Both the position numbers and the translations under genes were made by a program. From the NCBI GenBank assembly GCA_051117635.1, contig JBNPEH010000004.1, positions 229,562-293,561 on the forward strand: a stretch of 64,000 nt of DNA. The letters are read 5' to 3'. Every line of letters starts with the position of its first letter. The first letter of the stretch is position 1. The notes under the pieces were generated by a model. That model was given only the letters and a program-made list of their open reading frames with translations, did not search any database and was not told where the DNA came from. Positions 27,044-39,131 of the stretch are shown in pieces. Origin of the DNA: Opitutales bacterium (GTDB taxonomy: Bacteria > Verrucomicrobiota > Verrucomicrobiia > Opitutales > JABSRG01).

Positions 27044-27823
27044 TTACCCGGCGACCTGCTCGAAAGCCTTCCGGGCGTAGGCGACCTGTTCGGCAGTCAG
27101 CACGTCGGTCCACCGGCGCTCCGTACCCCGGGCCACATGGTTCCCGTGCATGAGAGTCCTGGGATCGTTGATGCCCCGCAAAAGGTCCCCCGCATCGCGG
27201 TCGGCAAGTTGCCTGGAAATTTTTTTCATGCGGCCGAATCTGAATGCGTTTTGAATATGAACCCGGGTTTCCTCGGACACATCGGGATGGATCGCCTCGA
27301 CCAGCAGTGCCAATGCCTGCTCTTCCCCATCGTTATGCAGGTCGAACACCACGCAGTTCGGGAAAGCGCGCAGCCGTCGCCGGATAATCAGCCCCTGGAC
27401 AATCCGGTCCACCGCCCGTTCGAAGGGCCAGTCATGGGCGAAGGTCGGATGGTTGGTGAACTGCTCCACACAAGAGGCGAGGGCCATCAGCGGATCCCGA
27501 CAGGTATGAATGACCAGCGTGACGCGGCCGGAACGCAGGGCACCGCCCAGCGCTTTGGTCCAACCATGGCACTTCAGCACCTGCTCCCGCCTGGTGCCTT
27601 TGGCCAGTGCCCGGTCGAAGCTCGGACCTTCTGCAAAGGCATGGAAAATTTTGGTACCGGGCAGTTTGGCCTTAAGGAGGGCGAGCGCCACGTTGAAGGC
27701 CCAGGTACTGCCGCTCCGGAACATGCCGAGGACCACCAGATTGTTCGGCCGGCGGCCGGCCAGGGCGTCTTTCCAGGCCTGGTAACCCGCGGCAGCCTCG
27801 TCCGGTTGGGTGGAGTGGGGCAT
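27044..27823 (-). CDS. putative sulfotransferase family protein
   Basis: LVVLGMFRSGSTWAFN resembles the 5'-PSB PAPS-binding loop. 259 aa from the ATG at 27823. Confidence 0.5.
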   Translation of the reverse strand: MPHSTQPDEAAAGYQAWKDALAGRRPNNLVVLGMFRSGSTWAFNVALALLKAKLPGTKIFHAFAEGPSFDRALAKGTRREQVLKCHGWTKALGGALRSGRVTLVIHTCRDPLMALASCVEQFTNHPTFAHDWPFERAVDRIVQGLIIRRRLRAFPNCVVFDLHNDGEEQALALLVEAIHPDVSEETRVHIQNAFRFGRMKKISRQLADRDAGDLLRGINDPRTLMHGNHVARGTERRWTDVLTAEQVAYARKAFEQVAG

Positions 27824-27926
27824 GGCCGAAAGAACATCAGGAAACCCCAGGCGGGTGCGAGTGAATTTGGGGGGTCGGCTCCTCGTCGCGATTGACCTTC
27901 GGAGTGGGGCGTGGCCCATTAGGATC

Positions 27927-29084
27927 ATGTCCGCAGAAGATGCCTTTTCCTCGGAGTACCCCTCGATCGATTACCTGCGCAAACAGGCGCACCGGCGGGT
28001 TCCCGGCTTTGCCATGGATTACCTCGAGGGCGGCTGCCATTCGGAGATCAACCTGCGCCGCAACACCGACAAGATCCGCGAAGTGCAGCTCCGTCCGTAC
28101 TATCTTCGCGACTACCCGGGCAGCGACCAGCGCACCGAATTGTTCGGCCATACCTATGACGCCCCCTTCGGCATCGCGCCGCTGGGCCTGCAGGGCCTGA
28201 TGTGGCCGCGCGCGACCGAGATCCTGGCAAAGGCGGCCCGCGACAACAACATCCCCTTCTGCCTGAGCACGGTGGCGACGGCCAGCATCGAGACGGTGGC
28301 TGAGATCACCGAAGGCCATTTCTGGTTTCAGCTCTATCACCCCGCTGAGCAGGATATCCGCGATAAGATCCTCGACCGGGCCGAGGCCGCCGGTTGCCAG
28401 TGCCTGGTCATCCTGGCCGATACGCCCACCTTCGGCTATCGGCCCAAGGAAATCCGCAACGGGCTCTCCATCCCGCCGCGCATGACCCTGCGCAACATCG
28501 CGCAGATGACCGCCCATCCGCGCTGGGCCTTTTCCCAGCTCGCCGCGGGCAAGCCCGAGTTCAAGACCCTGACGCCCTACATTCCGAAGGGGCTCAGCAT
28601 GAAGCACCTCGGCCTGTTCATGAACAAGACCTTCAGCGGACGCCTCTCCGAGGACCGGATCAAAAGCCTGCGCGAGAAGTGGCAGGGCAAGATGGTGGTC
28701 AAGGGCGTCGTCACCGAGGAGGATGCCGAAAAGGCGCTCAACCTCGGCGTCGACGGATTCATCGTTTCCAACCATGGCGGTCGCCAGCTCGACGTCGGTC
28801 AGGCCACCGTCGAGGCGCTGACCCACCTCGCCGCCAAATACGGCGACCGGACCACCGTCATGATGGACTCGGGCATCCGGACCGGTGCCGACATCGCCGC
28901 CGCCCTGGCCTGCGGCGCCCATTTCACCTGGCTCGGCCGCGCCTTCATGTACGGCGTCTGCGCGCTCGGCAAACGCGGTGGCGACCACACCATCTACATG
29001 CTCCAGCGCCAGCTCCAGCAGGTCATGGAACAGGTCGCCTGCGAACGCCCGCGCGACTTCCCCAAGCACCGGATCGAAGCCTGA
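27927..29084 (+). CDS. FMN-dependent alpha-hydroxy-acid dehydrogenase/oxidase (L-lactate dehydrogenase LldD-like)
   Basis: FWFQLY, KGV, VSNHGGRQLD and DSGIRTGADIAAALACGA are the family blocks. Start at the ATG at 27927. Confidence 0.9.
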   Translation: MSAEDAFSSEYPSIDYLRKQAHRRVPGFAMDYLEGGCHSEINLRRNTDKIREVQLRPYYLRDYPGSDQRTELFGHTYDAPFGIAPLGLQGLMWPRATEILAKAARDNNIPFCLSTVATASIETVAEITEGHFWFQLYHPAEQDIRDKILDRAEAAGCQCLVILADTPTFGYRPKEIRNGLSIPPRMTLRNIAQMTAHPRWAFSQLAAGKPEFKTLTPYIPKGLSMKHLGLFMNKTFSGRLSEDRIKSLREKWQGKMVVKGVVTEEDAEKALNLGVDGFIVSNHGGRQLDVGQATVEALTHLAAKYGDRTTVMMDSGIRTGADIAAALACGAHFTWLGRAFMYGVCALGKRGGDHTIYMLQRQLQQVMEQVACERPRDFPKHRIEA

Positions 29085-29208
29085 GGCCCGAGGTCGGCTG
29101 CCGGGTGATTCCCGCCGCGATCCGAATTCCCGTAGGGGCGTTGCTTGCCGAGGCCCGCCCGCCTCGGCGGTCACCGGGGACGGTGACCCTCCAGCGCTAA
29201 TCTTCAAC

Positions 29209-30569
29209 TCACGGAAATACGCGCGCCATGACCTGCTGGTCATAATCGTGCATCGACCGGTAGCGGCCCTGCAGCCAGAGCAGGATCAGCTGTCCGTCCT
29301 TGAGCACCTTGGCGATCGGGCGCAGTTTCTGGCTGCCGGAGTGGTCGGTCAAGGGCTCCCAGGACCAGCCTTCGCCATCGGGCATGACCTTGAACAATTG
29401 GTGGCCGTCCAGGGGCTTGCCGCTATGCGGATCGAAAGGCGAGGAAACAAAGAGGGTCCTACCATCCCGCGGATCTATGGCGGCCAGGCCGGTGTAATCT
29501 TCCTCCGTGTCATACAGGCCGGGGCCCATTTTGCAGACTTCGATCGATTTCCATTGGTCACCCTCCTGTCGCGCGTAAAAGAGCCGGTGATCGTTGTCGC
29601 CGGGAGCCGGACGGGTTCTGGAATGGGGTCCGACTTCGGTGCCAAAGCGCGTGGTGAAGAGCGCGCAGGGTGTGTTCTCCGGATCCCGTAGAATCTGCAC
29701 CGTCCAGCCGTGGTGGTAGTGAGCCTCCAGGATTTGGCTGGGGGTCCAGACCGGTGTGAAGGCCTCGGGTTGCGGGCCGGTCGGGCCGAGTGTGTCCGGG
29801 TCAATCACCCGGCCGAAACTGTCATGGGTCTTCCCGCCCTGGATGTAACCATGGTAGAGCCCGTTGTTGTAGTCGCGCGGATGTGCCTCCGTCATAAGAA
29901 AGTCGATACGGTCGATACCGTTGCTCCAGAATTTCACGTAGCCATTGGAATAGGCGCGACCGCCCGACGGGGGCAGGGTGAGGGGACCGCGGACAGTCCA
30001 GGTCTCCCCCCAGTCGTCGCTCGTCGCGAGGGTCCAGACCTGGCCCGCCGCCCGTGCAATGTTGTAGAGCCGTCCCTTTTCGCCGCCCTCGGCCGTCAGG
30101 TGGTGCAGGTTGGAATAGGTGACCGAGACCCAGCCATTGCCGACCGGATCGTCGGTTGGCCAATGGATCTGCCGCTCCGGTTCCCAGGCCGTCACGTCGT
30201 TCGGCCGGGTGCAGATCCGATAAAACGTGATCGGCGCGGTGTCGCCGTTGTGTGCGCCGTTCCCGTAGTTGTGGCCCGTATACAGGGCCAGGTAACGCCC
30301 GTCCGGCCGTTGCCAGAGCCCGGCCACGTTGTGGTCGTCGGCCTCTCCCGACGTCGGGATATTGGCCAGCGTCACAGGCGTCGCTTCACCCGTTGCCGGA
30401 TTGAAGGCGGTGACATCGACATCGGCATCGCGCCGGTCTCCGTCCTTCCCGCCAAAACTGCGATGGTCGCCACCAGGACCTGACCGGTGTCCCGGTCCAC
30501 AATCACGCGCTCGTCCTGATACCAGCACCAGCCGCCGTTCGAATTGATGAGTGTCGTTTTACCCTGCAT
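29209..30569 (-). pseudogene. BNR/Asp-box beta-propeller protein, copy 1, interrupted by a 1-nt frameshift near 30460
   Basis: The N-terminus MQGKTTLINSNGGWCWYQDERVIVDRDTGQVLVATIA is in the frame of ORF 30372..30671. The rest (GGKDGDRRDADVDVTAF...TSDDWGETW...) is in the frame of ORF 29209..30528. The paralog at 53336-53853 reads through the same point in one frame (ATIASHGGKDGEHRDADVDV). Copy 1 has 11 nt where copy 2 has 12. Confidence 0.7.
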
Positions 30570-30670
30570 GGAAGGAAGCTTCCCGGATGCGCGCCCGGGT
30601 GTCCAGTTGGAGAGTGGGGACGGTGGTTTAAACCCTTGCCGGGAAATTTGATACGGCTCAGGGTTAAACA

Positions 30671-31399
30671 ATGGATTTATTGAGAAACGCTTGTGGGCAG
30701 CTGAGGGTGACGCTTGGTCTCTTTGCAGGGATGGCTTTCAGTGGGTTTTCCCTCGTTCCCCTTCAAGGCAGTGTGCTGATCTTCGAGCCGTCATCGGGAT
30801 CGTTTTCCAGTGGGGCCACGCTCTCGCAGGACTATGGCGACAACATTGCAGCGACGATTCAGGACGGCTTCGCCTACGGCTCCGACTACGGTTTTACCCC
30901 GAATGTATCGGTGGAATACGGGGGCGGACCGGATCCCGTCGATGGCTACGCCGTGTTCTGGGGACCGGACTTCGGGGATCTGGACAATGTCGTCGAAGCC
31001 GAGAGTGAGCCGAATGGCCTGCAGATCCGCCTGGTCGCCGAGCCGGGCTATCAGGTTGCCCTGCACGGTTTCGACCTGGCGGGTTGGCCCGAGGCCGATT
31101 ACACGATCAATGCGGTTCGGGTTCGCGGATCGGATGATGCCATCCTTTTCGAAAGCCTGAATACCTTCATCGCCGGGGCCGGTCCGGCCCATACCAGCTT
31201 CGACTTCGCGACCGCATGGCTGAGCTCGACCATCAAGATCGAGTGGGATTCCTCCAACCTCGGCGGCAGCTCCGACAATATCGGCATCGACAACATCTCT
31301 TTCAGCCAGGTGGCCATCCCCGAACCCGCCACGGCGCTGTTCGCCGGCCTCATCGGCCTCGGGGTCGGGGTGGTCCGAAGCCGTCGACAATCCGCCTGA
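30671..31399 (+). CDS. PEP-CTERM sorting-domain secreted protein
   Basis: The C-terminus VAIPEPATALFAGLIGLGVGVVRSRRQSA has the PEP motif, a TM helix and a basic tail. The N-terminus is hydrophobic. Confidence 0.85.
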   Translation: MDLLRNACGQLRVTLGLFAGMAFSGFSLVPLQGSVLIFEPSSGSFSSGATLSQDYGDNIAATIQDGFAYGSDYGFTPNVSVEYGGGPDPVDGYAVFWGPDFGDLDNVVEAESEPNGLQIRLVAEPGYQVALHGFDLAGWPEADYTINAVRVRGSDDAILFESLNTFIAGAGPAHTSFDFATAWLSSTIKIEWDSSNLGGSSDNIGIDNISFSQVAIPEPATALFAGLIGLGVGVVRSRRQSA

Positions 31400-31599
31400 T
31401 GGTTTGGGCCGACTTGCCCCCGACACCCGCCTGCCGGAATCGATGGCTGACCCTGTGTGCCGACCGGCCGCTGTCCGGCAACGACATAAACGACGCCCTG
31501 CTGGCCGCCGTCGCCCTCGAAAAAAACCTCCGCCTGGTGACCTTCGACCCGGGCTTTCAGCGCTTCCCCGACCTCAAGCTGAGATTGCTGGAGGGGTGA
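31399..31599 (+). pseudogene. PIN-domain (VapC-like) toxin C-terminal remnant
   Basis: NDALLAAVALEKNLRLVTFDPGFQRFPDLKL matches the C-terminal third of VapC-type PIN proteins. The N-terminal two thirds and any antitoxin are absent. The ATG overlaps the upstream stop. Confidence 0.4.
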
Positions 31600-31628
31600 C
31601 CGGGGTTCCCGTTCTTATCTGAATAAAC

Positions 31629-31715
31629 CTAGCCCGAATTTCTCACCAGAATCGGGAAATTGGGAGATAAGTAATTCTGGCATCACATCTGAGCTTCATG
31701 AGAAATCCGGGCTAG
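31629..31715. mobile_element. MITE-like repeat, family 1, internally deleted 87-bp copy
   Basis: TA|GCCCGAATTTCTCACCAGAATCGGGAAA...CATCACATCTGAGCTTCATGAGAAATCCGGGC|TA. Both termini of the 61-310 copy are retained in the same orientation, with almost all interior sequence missing. Confidence 0.7.
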
Positions 31716-31865
31716 AACGGGGTGGGGCACCCATGCTGCCAGGGCGGACTTCGGATTGCGCCCGAGGCTCTGCATCCGACCTGGGGCTAAAGCAGTTGAA
31801 AGGGGTAGCTGGCCCGAATGGTCTTTGGATGAGCGGAGATTGAGGATTCTATAATCTACGTTTGA

Positions 31866-32030
31866 CCCGAATGGTACTAACTTAACAGCGTTTTCATCGG
31901 TATCGCTATCGGTATCGCTATCGAAATCGATTACGTAAGCCAATGCATATTATTTCCTTATGCATGTTCGATCCCGATTTCGATTTCGATCCCGATTTGG
32001 ATCAGGACCCTTAAGTTAGCGTCATTCGGG
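31866..32030. repeat. 165-bp AT-rich imperfect palindrome with 6-bp periodic ATCGNN arms
   Basis: The outer arms CCCGAATGGTACTAACTTAA and TTAAGTTAGCGTCATTCGGG are inverted. The inner arms are (ATCGNN)x5 on each side. The centre has ATGCATA...TATGCAT. A third CCCGAATGGT copy lies at 31813. Confidence 0.7.
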
Positions 32031-32060
32031 GACTGACCGAAAAAGAGACTTCAGTCACTT

Positions 32061-33008
<948 letters not shown>

Positions 33009-33064
33009 GAAGGAAATTCATTTAGTGGATGATTACATTTATGCGACTTATTTAAGGCGACGGT
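33009..33064. promoter_or_regulatory. AT-rich divergent promoter/operator region between lysR and the nitrate-assimilation operon
   Basis: There is a local GC drop. An inverted repeat TCAT-N7-ATGA lies at 33018-33032 next to the LysR start. No consensus promoter could be verified by eye. Confidence 0.3.
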
Positions 33065-34153
33065 ATGGTCAATGCTCAAATTGGCATCGACATGACCACC
33101 CTGCCTTCCGAATACGCCATTCGCACGCGCCGCAGCCCGTCGATCCGTCTCGGATACGTGCGGCTGCTCGACGCCGCTCCCTTAATCGTCGCCGAACGGC
33201 TGGGCCTGTTTCGCCAGGCCGGGCTCGAAGTGGCACTTTCGCGGGAAGTCGGGTGGGCGACGATTCGCGATAAACTGGCCTTCGGCGACCTCGACGTCGC
33301 CCAGGCGCTGAGCCCCATGCCCTTCGCCATGCAACTTGGTATCGGGGTCGTGCCCACACCGATCATCGCCGGCATGGTGCTGAACTGCAATGGCAACGCC
33401 ATCACGCTTTCCCGGCAACTGGGGGAAGACGGTGTGGAGGACGGTCCCTCGCTGCGCCGCCACATCCGCAACGGCTTCGGCACGCGAAAGCCCGTCTTCG
33501 GGGTCGTCTCGCTTTACTCCTCCCACCACTTCGTTCTCTGCCGCTGGCTGGAGGAAAACGGGATCGACCCGCGGGAGGATGTCATCGTCACCGTGCTCCC
33601 GCCGGAGCAGATGGTACGGAACATCGCCTCGGAGAATATCGACGGCTTTTGCGTGGGCGAGCCGTGGAATTCCCTCGCGGTCGAGGAGGGCTTCGGCTGG
33701 TGCCCGGCGACGAGCGCCGAGATCACGGACGGTTACCCGGAAAAGGTGCTGGCGACGACCGAGCGCTTTGAAACGTATCGCCCCCATGAATACGCGGCTA
33801 TGATCGGCGTCCTTATGGATGCCTGCGCCTTCTGTGACGATCAGGCAAACCACCGGGAGTTGCTCAATATTCTCTCGCCCTCGCAATACCTCAACTGTTC
33901 GCCCCGGACCCTGTCGCACGCCCTCTCGGGCTCCTTCCCCATGGGCCACGGACGCCAAAGCGAAAAACCTTTTGTGCGCTTCCACGGCGACGCCGTCAAC
34001 CGCCCCGATCCCGAGCGCATGCGCTGCGTCCTCGACGACCTTTGCCGCTTTATCGACCACGAAAAGCTGAGGAAAAAGCCCCGTCATTTACCCGGCCGCA
34101 TTTTCCGCGAATCGATTTACGACCGGGCCACGGATCCGGTTGCCTGCCAATGA
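33065..34153 (+). CDS. NrtA-like cytoplasmic protein without signal peptide (NasS-type nitrate/nitrite sensor candidate)
   Basis: [63 protein letters not shown] parallels the NrtA/NasS fold. There is no N-terminal hydrophobic segment. An alternative start is at 33092. Confidence 0.7.
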   Translation: MVNAQIGIDMTTLPSEYAIRTRRSPSIRLGYVRLLDAAPLIVAERLGLFRQAGLEVALSREVGWATIRDKLAFGDLDVAQALSPMPFAMQLGIGVVPTPIIAGMVLNCNGNAITLSRQLGEDGVEDGPSLRRHIRNGFGTRKPVFGVVSLYSSHHFVLCRWLEENGIDPREDVIVTVLPPEQMVRNIASENIDGFCVGEPWNSLAVEEGFGWCPATSAEITDGYPEKVLATTERFETYRPHEYAAMIGVLMDACAFCDDQANHRELLNILSPSQYLNCSPRTLSHALSGSFPMGHGRQSEKPFVRFHGDAVNRPDPERMRCVLDDLCRFIDHEKLRKKPRHLPGRIFRESIYDRATDPVACQ

Positions 34154-34173
34154 CACGAACCTGAACAACGACC

Positions 34174-35547
<1,374 letters not shown>

Positions 35548-35606
35548 ACCCCGCCACCCGGCGGTGCCACGTCCGACGCGTTTCGCCGCCGCAGAGTAGC
35601 TGAATC

Positions 35607-37205
35607 ATGAAGCTCAAATACAAAATCCTCAAAGCTGTCGACGTCTCCGGGTTCACCTTCCTGGACCCGATTATCCGGCTCTGCTACCGCGAGGATCCGA
35701 AGGAACAAATCCGCCGGATCTTCAAGTTCATCATCGTGCCGGTCCTGGCCTTTGCCGCTTTCGTTCTGCTCTGGGCCTACCTTGCGCCGCGGCACACCAC
35801 GAAGTCCGGCGAAGTGCCCACGCCTGCCGTGGTTTGGGACGCCGCCAAGGGCATCTGGACCTTCCACGAACGCGAAAACGCCAAGGAAGCCGCCTACCTT
35901 GCGCCTCCCGACGACATCGAGCGGGCCGTCGCCCGGGCCACCGGACGAATGGCGGAGCTGGAGGAGGAACGGATCCCGGCCGCCAAGGCCAAGGTCGCGG
36001 CGGTCGCAGACGAGGAGGCGGCCTGGCGGGCCGAACTCGTCGGCCCGGTCGAGTCGCAATTCGAGGCGAAGGAAGCCGCCTACGACGCGGCCCGCAAGGA
36101 ACGCCGCGTGCACATCATGCAGTTGAGCAAGAACGTCGAGACCCAGGCCGACAAGCAGGCGCTGCTCGACGCGCTCCGCGAGAATCAGGTCGCCACCGAG
36201 CGGGAACGCGAGGAGCTGAACCGCCTGGAAACCGAACTCAAATCGCTCGAGCGGCGCCGCTACGCGCCCGCCTACTGGGCGGAGCGCGAGCTCGGCGCCC
36301 TGGAAGAGGAGCGGCAATACCTCGTCAAATTCCTCGACATCCTCGAGAACGCACGGGCCCGCAAGGTCTCGGAGATGAAGGCGGAACTCGAAGCGCTGAA
36401 CGCCGCCTACCTCGACGTCGAGCCCGAGCAAGCCTTTGGCGAGGCCCGCAAGCTCGTCCGCATCGAAGACCGCATCGAGCGGATCGAGGACTCCGCGTTT
36501 TCCGCCGCCAAAACTTTCCCGTATCAAATCCGGCGCAGCCTCCTCTGCGTCTTCACGGGCTTCTTCCTTGCCTCCTTCATCGCCATCCCGATCGGTATCC
36601 TCTGCGGCCTGAGCCGGATCTTCATGGCGGCGATGACGCCCTTCATCGCCATCTTCAAGCCCGTCTCGCCCATCGTCTGGCTGCCCATCGCGCTGATCGT
36701 GATCGGCGGGTTTATCCCGGACCCGGATGCCTTCACCGAGGGGATGAACAAGATCCCGCTGCTCGGGCCTTACGAAATCAACCCGGCCTTCCTCGCCTCC
36801 GCGGTCACGGTCGCCCTCTGCTCGCTCTGGCCGACCCTGGTCAACACCGCCCTCGGCGTCGCCTCGATCGACAAGGACCACATCAACGTCGCCCGCGTGC
36901 TCAAGCTCGGCTTCTGGGACCGCCTCTTCAAGATCGTTATCCCCTCCGCCCTGCCGCTCATCTTCGCGGGCCTGCGGATCTCGCTCGGGGTGGGCTGGAT
37001 GGTGCTGATCGCCGCCGAGTTGCTGTCCTCCTCCGAGGGCATCGGCAAGTTCGTCTGGGACATGTTCTCCAACGGTTCATCGGATTCCTTTGCCCAGATG
37101 TTCGTGGTCGTCTTCGTCGTTGGCCTCATCGGCTTCCTCCTCGACCGCATCATGATCGTCTTCCAACGCCTCGTCTCCTTCGACGGCGCGCCGACCGCGC
37201 TCTAG
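35607..37205 (+). CDS. nrtB: nitrate ABC transporter permease with a roughly 230-aa charged coiled-coil insertion after TM1
   Basis: The C-terminal 230 aa form a normal NrtB/TauC-type permease core (EAA-like region [23 protein letters not shown]). TM1 is at residues 38-60. Residues 75-300 are E/R/K/A-rich heptad-like sequence. The total is 532 aa against about 280 aa typical. Confidence 0.85.
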   Translation: MKLKYKILKAVDVSGFTFLDPIIRLCYREDPKEQIRRIFKFIIVPVLAFAAFVLLWAYLAPRHTTKSGEVPTPAVVWDAAKGIWTFHERENAKEAAYLAPPDDIERAVARATGRMAELEEERIPAAKAKVAAVADEEAAWRAELVGPVESQFEAKEAAYDAARKERRVHIMQLSKNVETQADKQALLDALRENQVATEREREELNRLETELKSLERRRYAPAYWAERELGALEEERQYLVKFLDILENARARKVSEMKAELEALNAAYLDVEPEQAFGEARKLVRIEDRIERIEDSAFSAAKTFPYQIRRSLLCVFTGFFLASFIAIPIGILCGLSRIFMAAMTPFIAIFKPVSPIVWLPIALIVIGGFIPDPDAFTEGMNKIPLLGPYEINPAFLASAVTVALCSLWPTLVNTALGVASIDKDHINVARVLKLGFWDRLFKIVIPSALPLIFAGLRISLGVGWMVLIAAELLSSSEGIGKFVWDMFSNGSSDSFAQMFVVVFVVGLIGFLLDRIMIVFQRLVSFDGAPTAL

Positions 37206-37207
37206 TG

Positions 37208-38128
37208 ATGGCTTATCTTGAAATCGACAAGGTCTCGCTTGGCTTCGGCCCGACGAACAACCGCACGGAGGTCCTCAAGGACGTCAACCTCTCCGTGGAG
37301 GAGAACGAGTTCGTCGCGGTGGTGGGCTTTTCCGGCTCGGGAAAGTCCACCCTCATCGGCCTGCTCGCCGGCCTCCTGAAACCCGACCGGGGTGAAATCC
37401 GGCTCGGCGGCAAGCGTATCCGCGAACCGTCCCCGCGCCTCGGCATCATGTTTCAAAACTACTCGCTGCTCCCCTGGCTCACGGTCTACGGAAACATCGA
37501 GCTGGCTGTGCGGCAGGTCTTTCCCGGGCTCAAAGGCGAGGCCTTGAAGGAGCACGTCGAACGCTACATCGGCATGGTCAACCTCCTGCCGGCTTCCGGA
37601 AAAAAACCGCAGGAGCTCTCCGGCGGCATGCGCCAGCGCGCCTCGCTCGCCCGGACGCTTTCCATGCAGCCCGAGATCCTCCTGCTCGACGAGCCGCTCT
37701 CCGCACTCGACGCGCTGACCCGCGCGAACATCCAGGACGAGATCATCCGGATCTGGGAGCGTGACCGCCGCACCATCGTGATGATCACCAACGACGTCGA
37801 CGAGGCCGTGCTCATGGCCGACCGCATCGTGCCGCTCACCATGGGCCCCGAAGCCACCCTCGACGAAGCCTTTCCCGTCGACCTCGCCCGTCCGCGCAAC
37901 CGCACCACGCTGAACACCGACCCGGCCTTCCGGCGCCTCCGTTCGGACATCTCCCGCTACATGAACACGCTCAACGACGAGTCCAAAGCCCTCCGCGCCG
38001 AGCGCGCCGTCGATCTGCCCGACATCATGCCGATTGATTTCACGACCCTTCCGCACCGCCCATCCCGCGGCCGTCGCCGCCGGGCCCTCGCCAGGGCCAT
38101 GAACCCGAAAACCACCTTCTTCAAATGA
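37208..38128 (+). CDS. nitrate ABC transporter ATP-binding protein 1
   Basis: Walker [10 protein letters not shown], signature LSGGMRQR, Walker B ILLLDEP. The ATG at 37208 lies 3 nt after the nrtB stop. Confidence 0.9.
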   Translation: MAYLEIDKVSLGFGPTNNRTEVLKDVNLSVEENEFVAVVGFSGSGKSTLIGLLAGLLKPDRGEIRLGGKRIREPSPRLGIMFQNYSLLPWLTVYGNIELAVRQVFPGLKGEALKEHVERYIGMVNLLPASGKKPQELSGGMRQRASLARTLSMQPEILLLDEPLSALDALTRANIQDEIIRIWERDRRTIVMITNDVDEAVLMADRIVPLTMGPEATLDEAFPVDLARPRNRTTLNTDPAFRRLRSDISRYMNTLNDESKALRAERAVDLPDIMPIDFTTLPHRPSRGRRRRALARAMNPKTTFFK

Positions 38129-38973
38129 TCTACGACGAACGCTACGTAGAATTCTACAACCTGGTTAAAGCCTACCCGAATCCCTTCGGCGACGACGTCA
38201 AAGTTGTCGACGGCTTCAACCTCATCGTCTCGCGCGGCGAGGTGGTCTCCATCATCGGCCACTCCGGCTGCGGCAAGTCGACCGTGCTGAATATGATCGC
38301 CGGCCTCATCCCGATCTCCGACGGCGGGATCGTGGTCTCGGGCAAGGAGATCGACGGGCCCGGCCCGGACCGCGCGGTGGTCTTCCAGTCGCCCTGCCTG
38401 CTGCCCTGGATGACGGCCTACCAGAACGTCATGATCGGGGTGAGGCGCAGCTACCCGCATGCCACCAAGGCGCAGCGCCGCGAGCTGGTGGAGGCCGCGC
38501 TCTCCATGGTCGGTCTGGCCGACGCCATGAAAAAGTATCCCCGCGAGCTCTCCGGCGGCATGCAGCAGCGCGTCGGCATCGCCCGCGCCATTGCGCTCAA
38601 GCCCAGGATGCTGCTCCTCGACGAGCCGCTCGGCCGCCTCGACTCGCTGACGCGGATGGAGCTCCAGGACGTGATCCTCCGCATCCTCGACCGGGAAAAG
38701 ATCACCACCCTGATCATCACCCACGACCCCGACGAGGCGATCTACATGTCCGACCGCATCTGCATGATGACCAACGGCCCGCAGGCAAAGGTCGGCCAGG
38801 TCATGGACATCGGCTTCGACCGCCCGCGCCGCCGCGCCGACATCATCGAGACGGACCAGTTCTACGACTACCGCCGCCGCCTCCTCGCTTTCCTCGACGC
38901 GTGCGAATCGGAGAAGGAAGAGCGCCGCATGCTCAAAGAGGCCGAAGATGAAAAGATGAAAAAGGCATCGTAG
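38125..38973 (+). CDS. nitrate ABC transporter ATP-binding protein 2
   Basis: Walker [10 protein letters not shown], signature LSGGMQQR, Walker B MLLLDEP. ATGA overlap with the preceding gene. Confidence 0.9.
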   Translation: MIYDERYVEFYNLVKAYPNPFGDDVKVVDGFNLIVSRGEVVSIIGHSGCGKSTVLNMIAGLIPISDGGIVVSGKEIDGPGPDRAVVFQSPCLLPWMTAYQNVMIGVRRSYPHATKAQRRELVEAALSMVGLADAMKKYPRELSGGMQQRVGIARAIALKPRMLLLDEPLGRLDSLTRMELQDVILRILDREKITTLIITHDPDEAIYMSDRICMMTNGPQAKVGQVMDIGFDRPRRRADIIETDQFYDYRRRLLAFLDACESEKEERRMLKEAEDEKMKKAS

Positions 38974-38996
38974 GGGAGGGGAGTTGGTCGGTTCCG

Positions 38997-39024
38997 CAGT
39001 TTCCAGTTTCCAGTTCCCAGTTCC
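38997..39024. repeat. tandem heptamer (CAGTTYC)x4
   Basis: CAGTTTC CAGTTTC CAGTTCC CAGTTCC lies in the spacer between the second ATPase gene and nirA. Confidence 0.8.
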
Positions 39025-39066
39025 GCATCCCGCCCCCCGTATCCCGCATCCTCATAGACCCTCCAT

Positions 39067-39100
39067 CCTGTCCGCCATAGCCTTTGGCGAAGGCGGAAGC
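39067..39100. repeat. REP-like hairpin unit (CCTGTCCGCCATAGCCTTTGGCGAAGGCGGAAGC)
   Basis: The CCGCC...GGCGG stem matches the unit found inside the family 1 and family 2 repeats (25497, 25734, 25800, 53318, 6090) and at 46682-46713. Confidence 0.7.
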
Positions 39101-39131
39101 TCAACGAGCGACGGAGGCCGCATCCCGCACC

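Noticed and set aside
31683-31943. An 86-aa ORF with an Asp-rich N-terminus, plus a 16-aa Asp-rich mini-ORF on the other arm of the palindrome.
   Set aside because: The Asp codons follow directly from the ATCGNN/GAT periodicity of a DNA palindrome. The rest of the ORF runs through a MITE copy.
35834-38128. A 764-aa plus-strand ORF spanning nrtB and the first ATPase gene.
   Set aside because: The first 450 aa or so are an alternative frame of nrtB (Arg/Pro/Gly-rich). Only the part from the ATG at 37208 is a genuine ABC ATPase.
38997-39024. A possible CRISPR-like array, considering the heptamer repeats here and the hexamer repeats at 31895-31935.
   Set aside because: The units are 6-7 bp and directly tandem, with no spacers. 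No cas genes are present.
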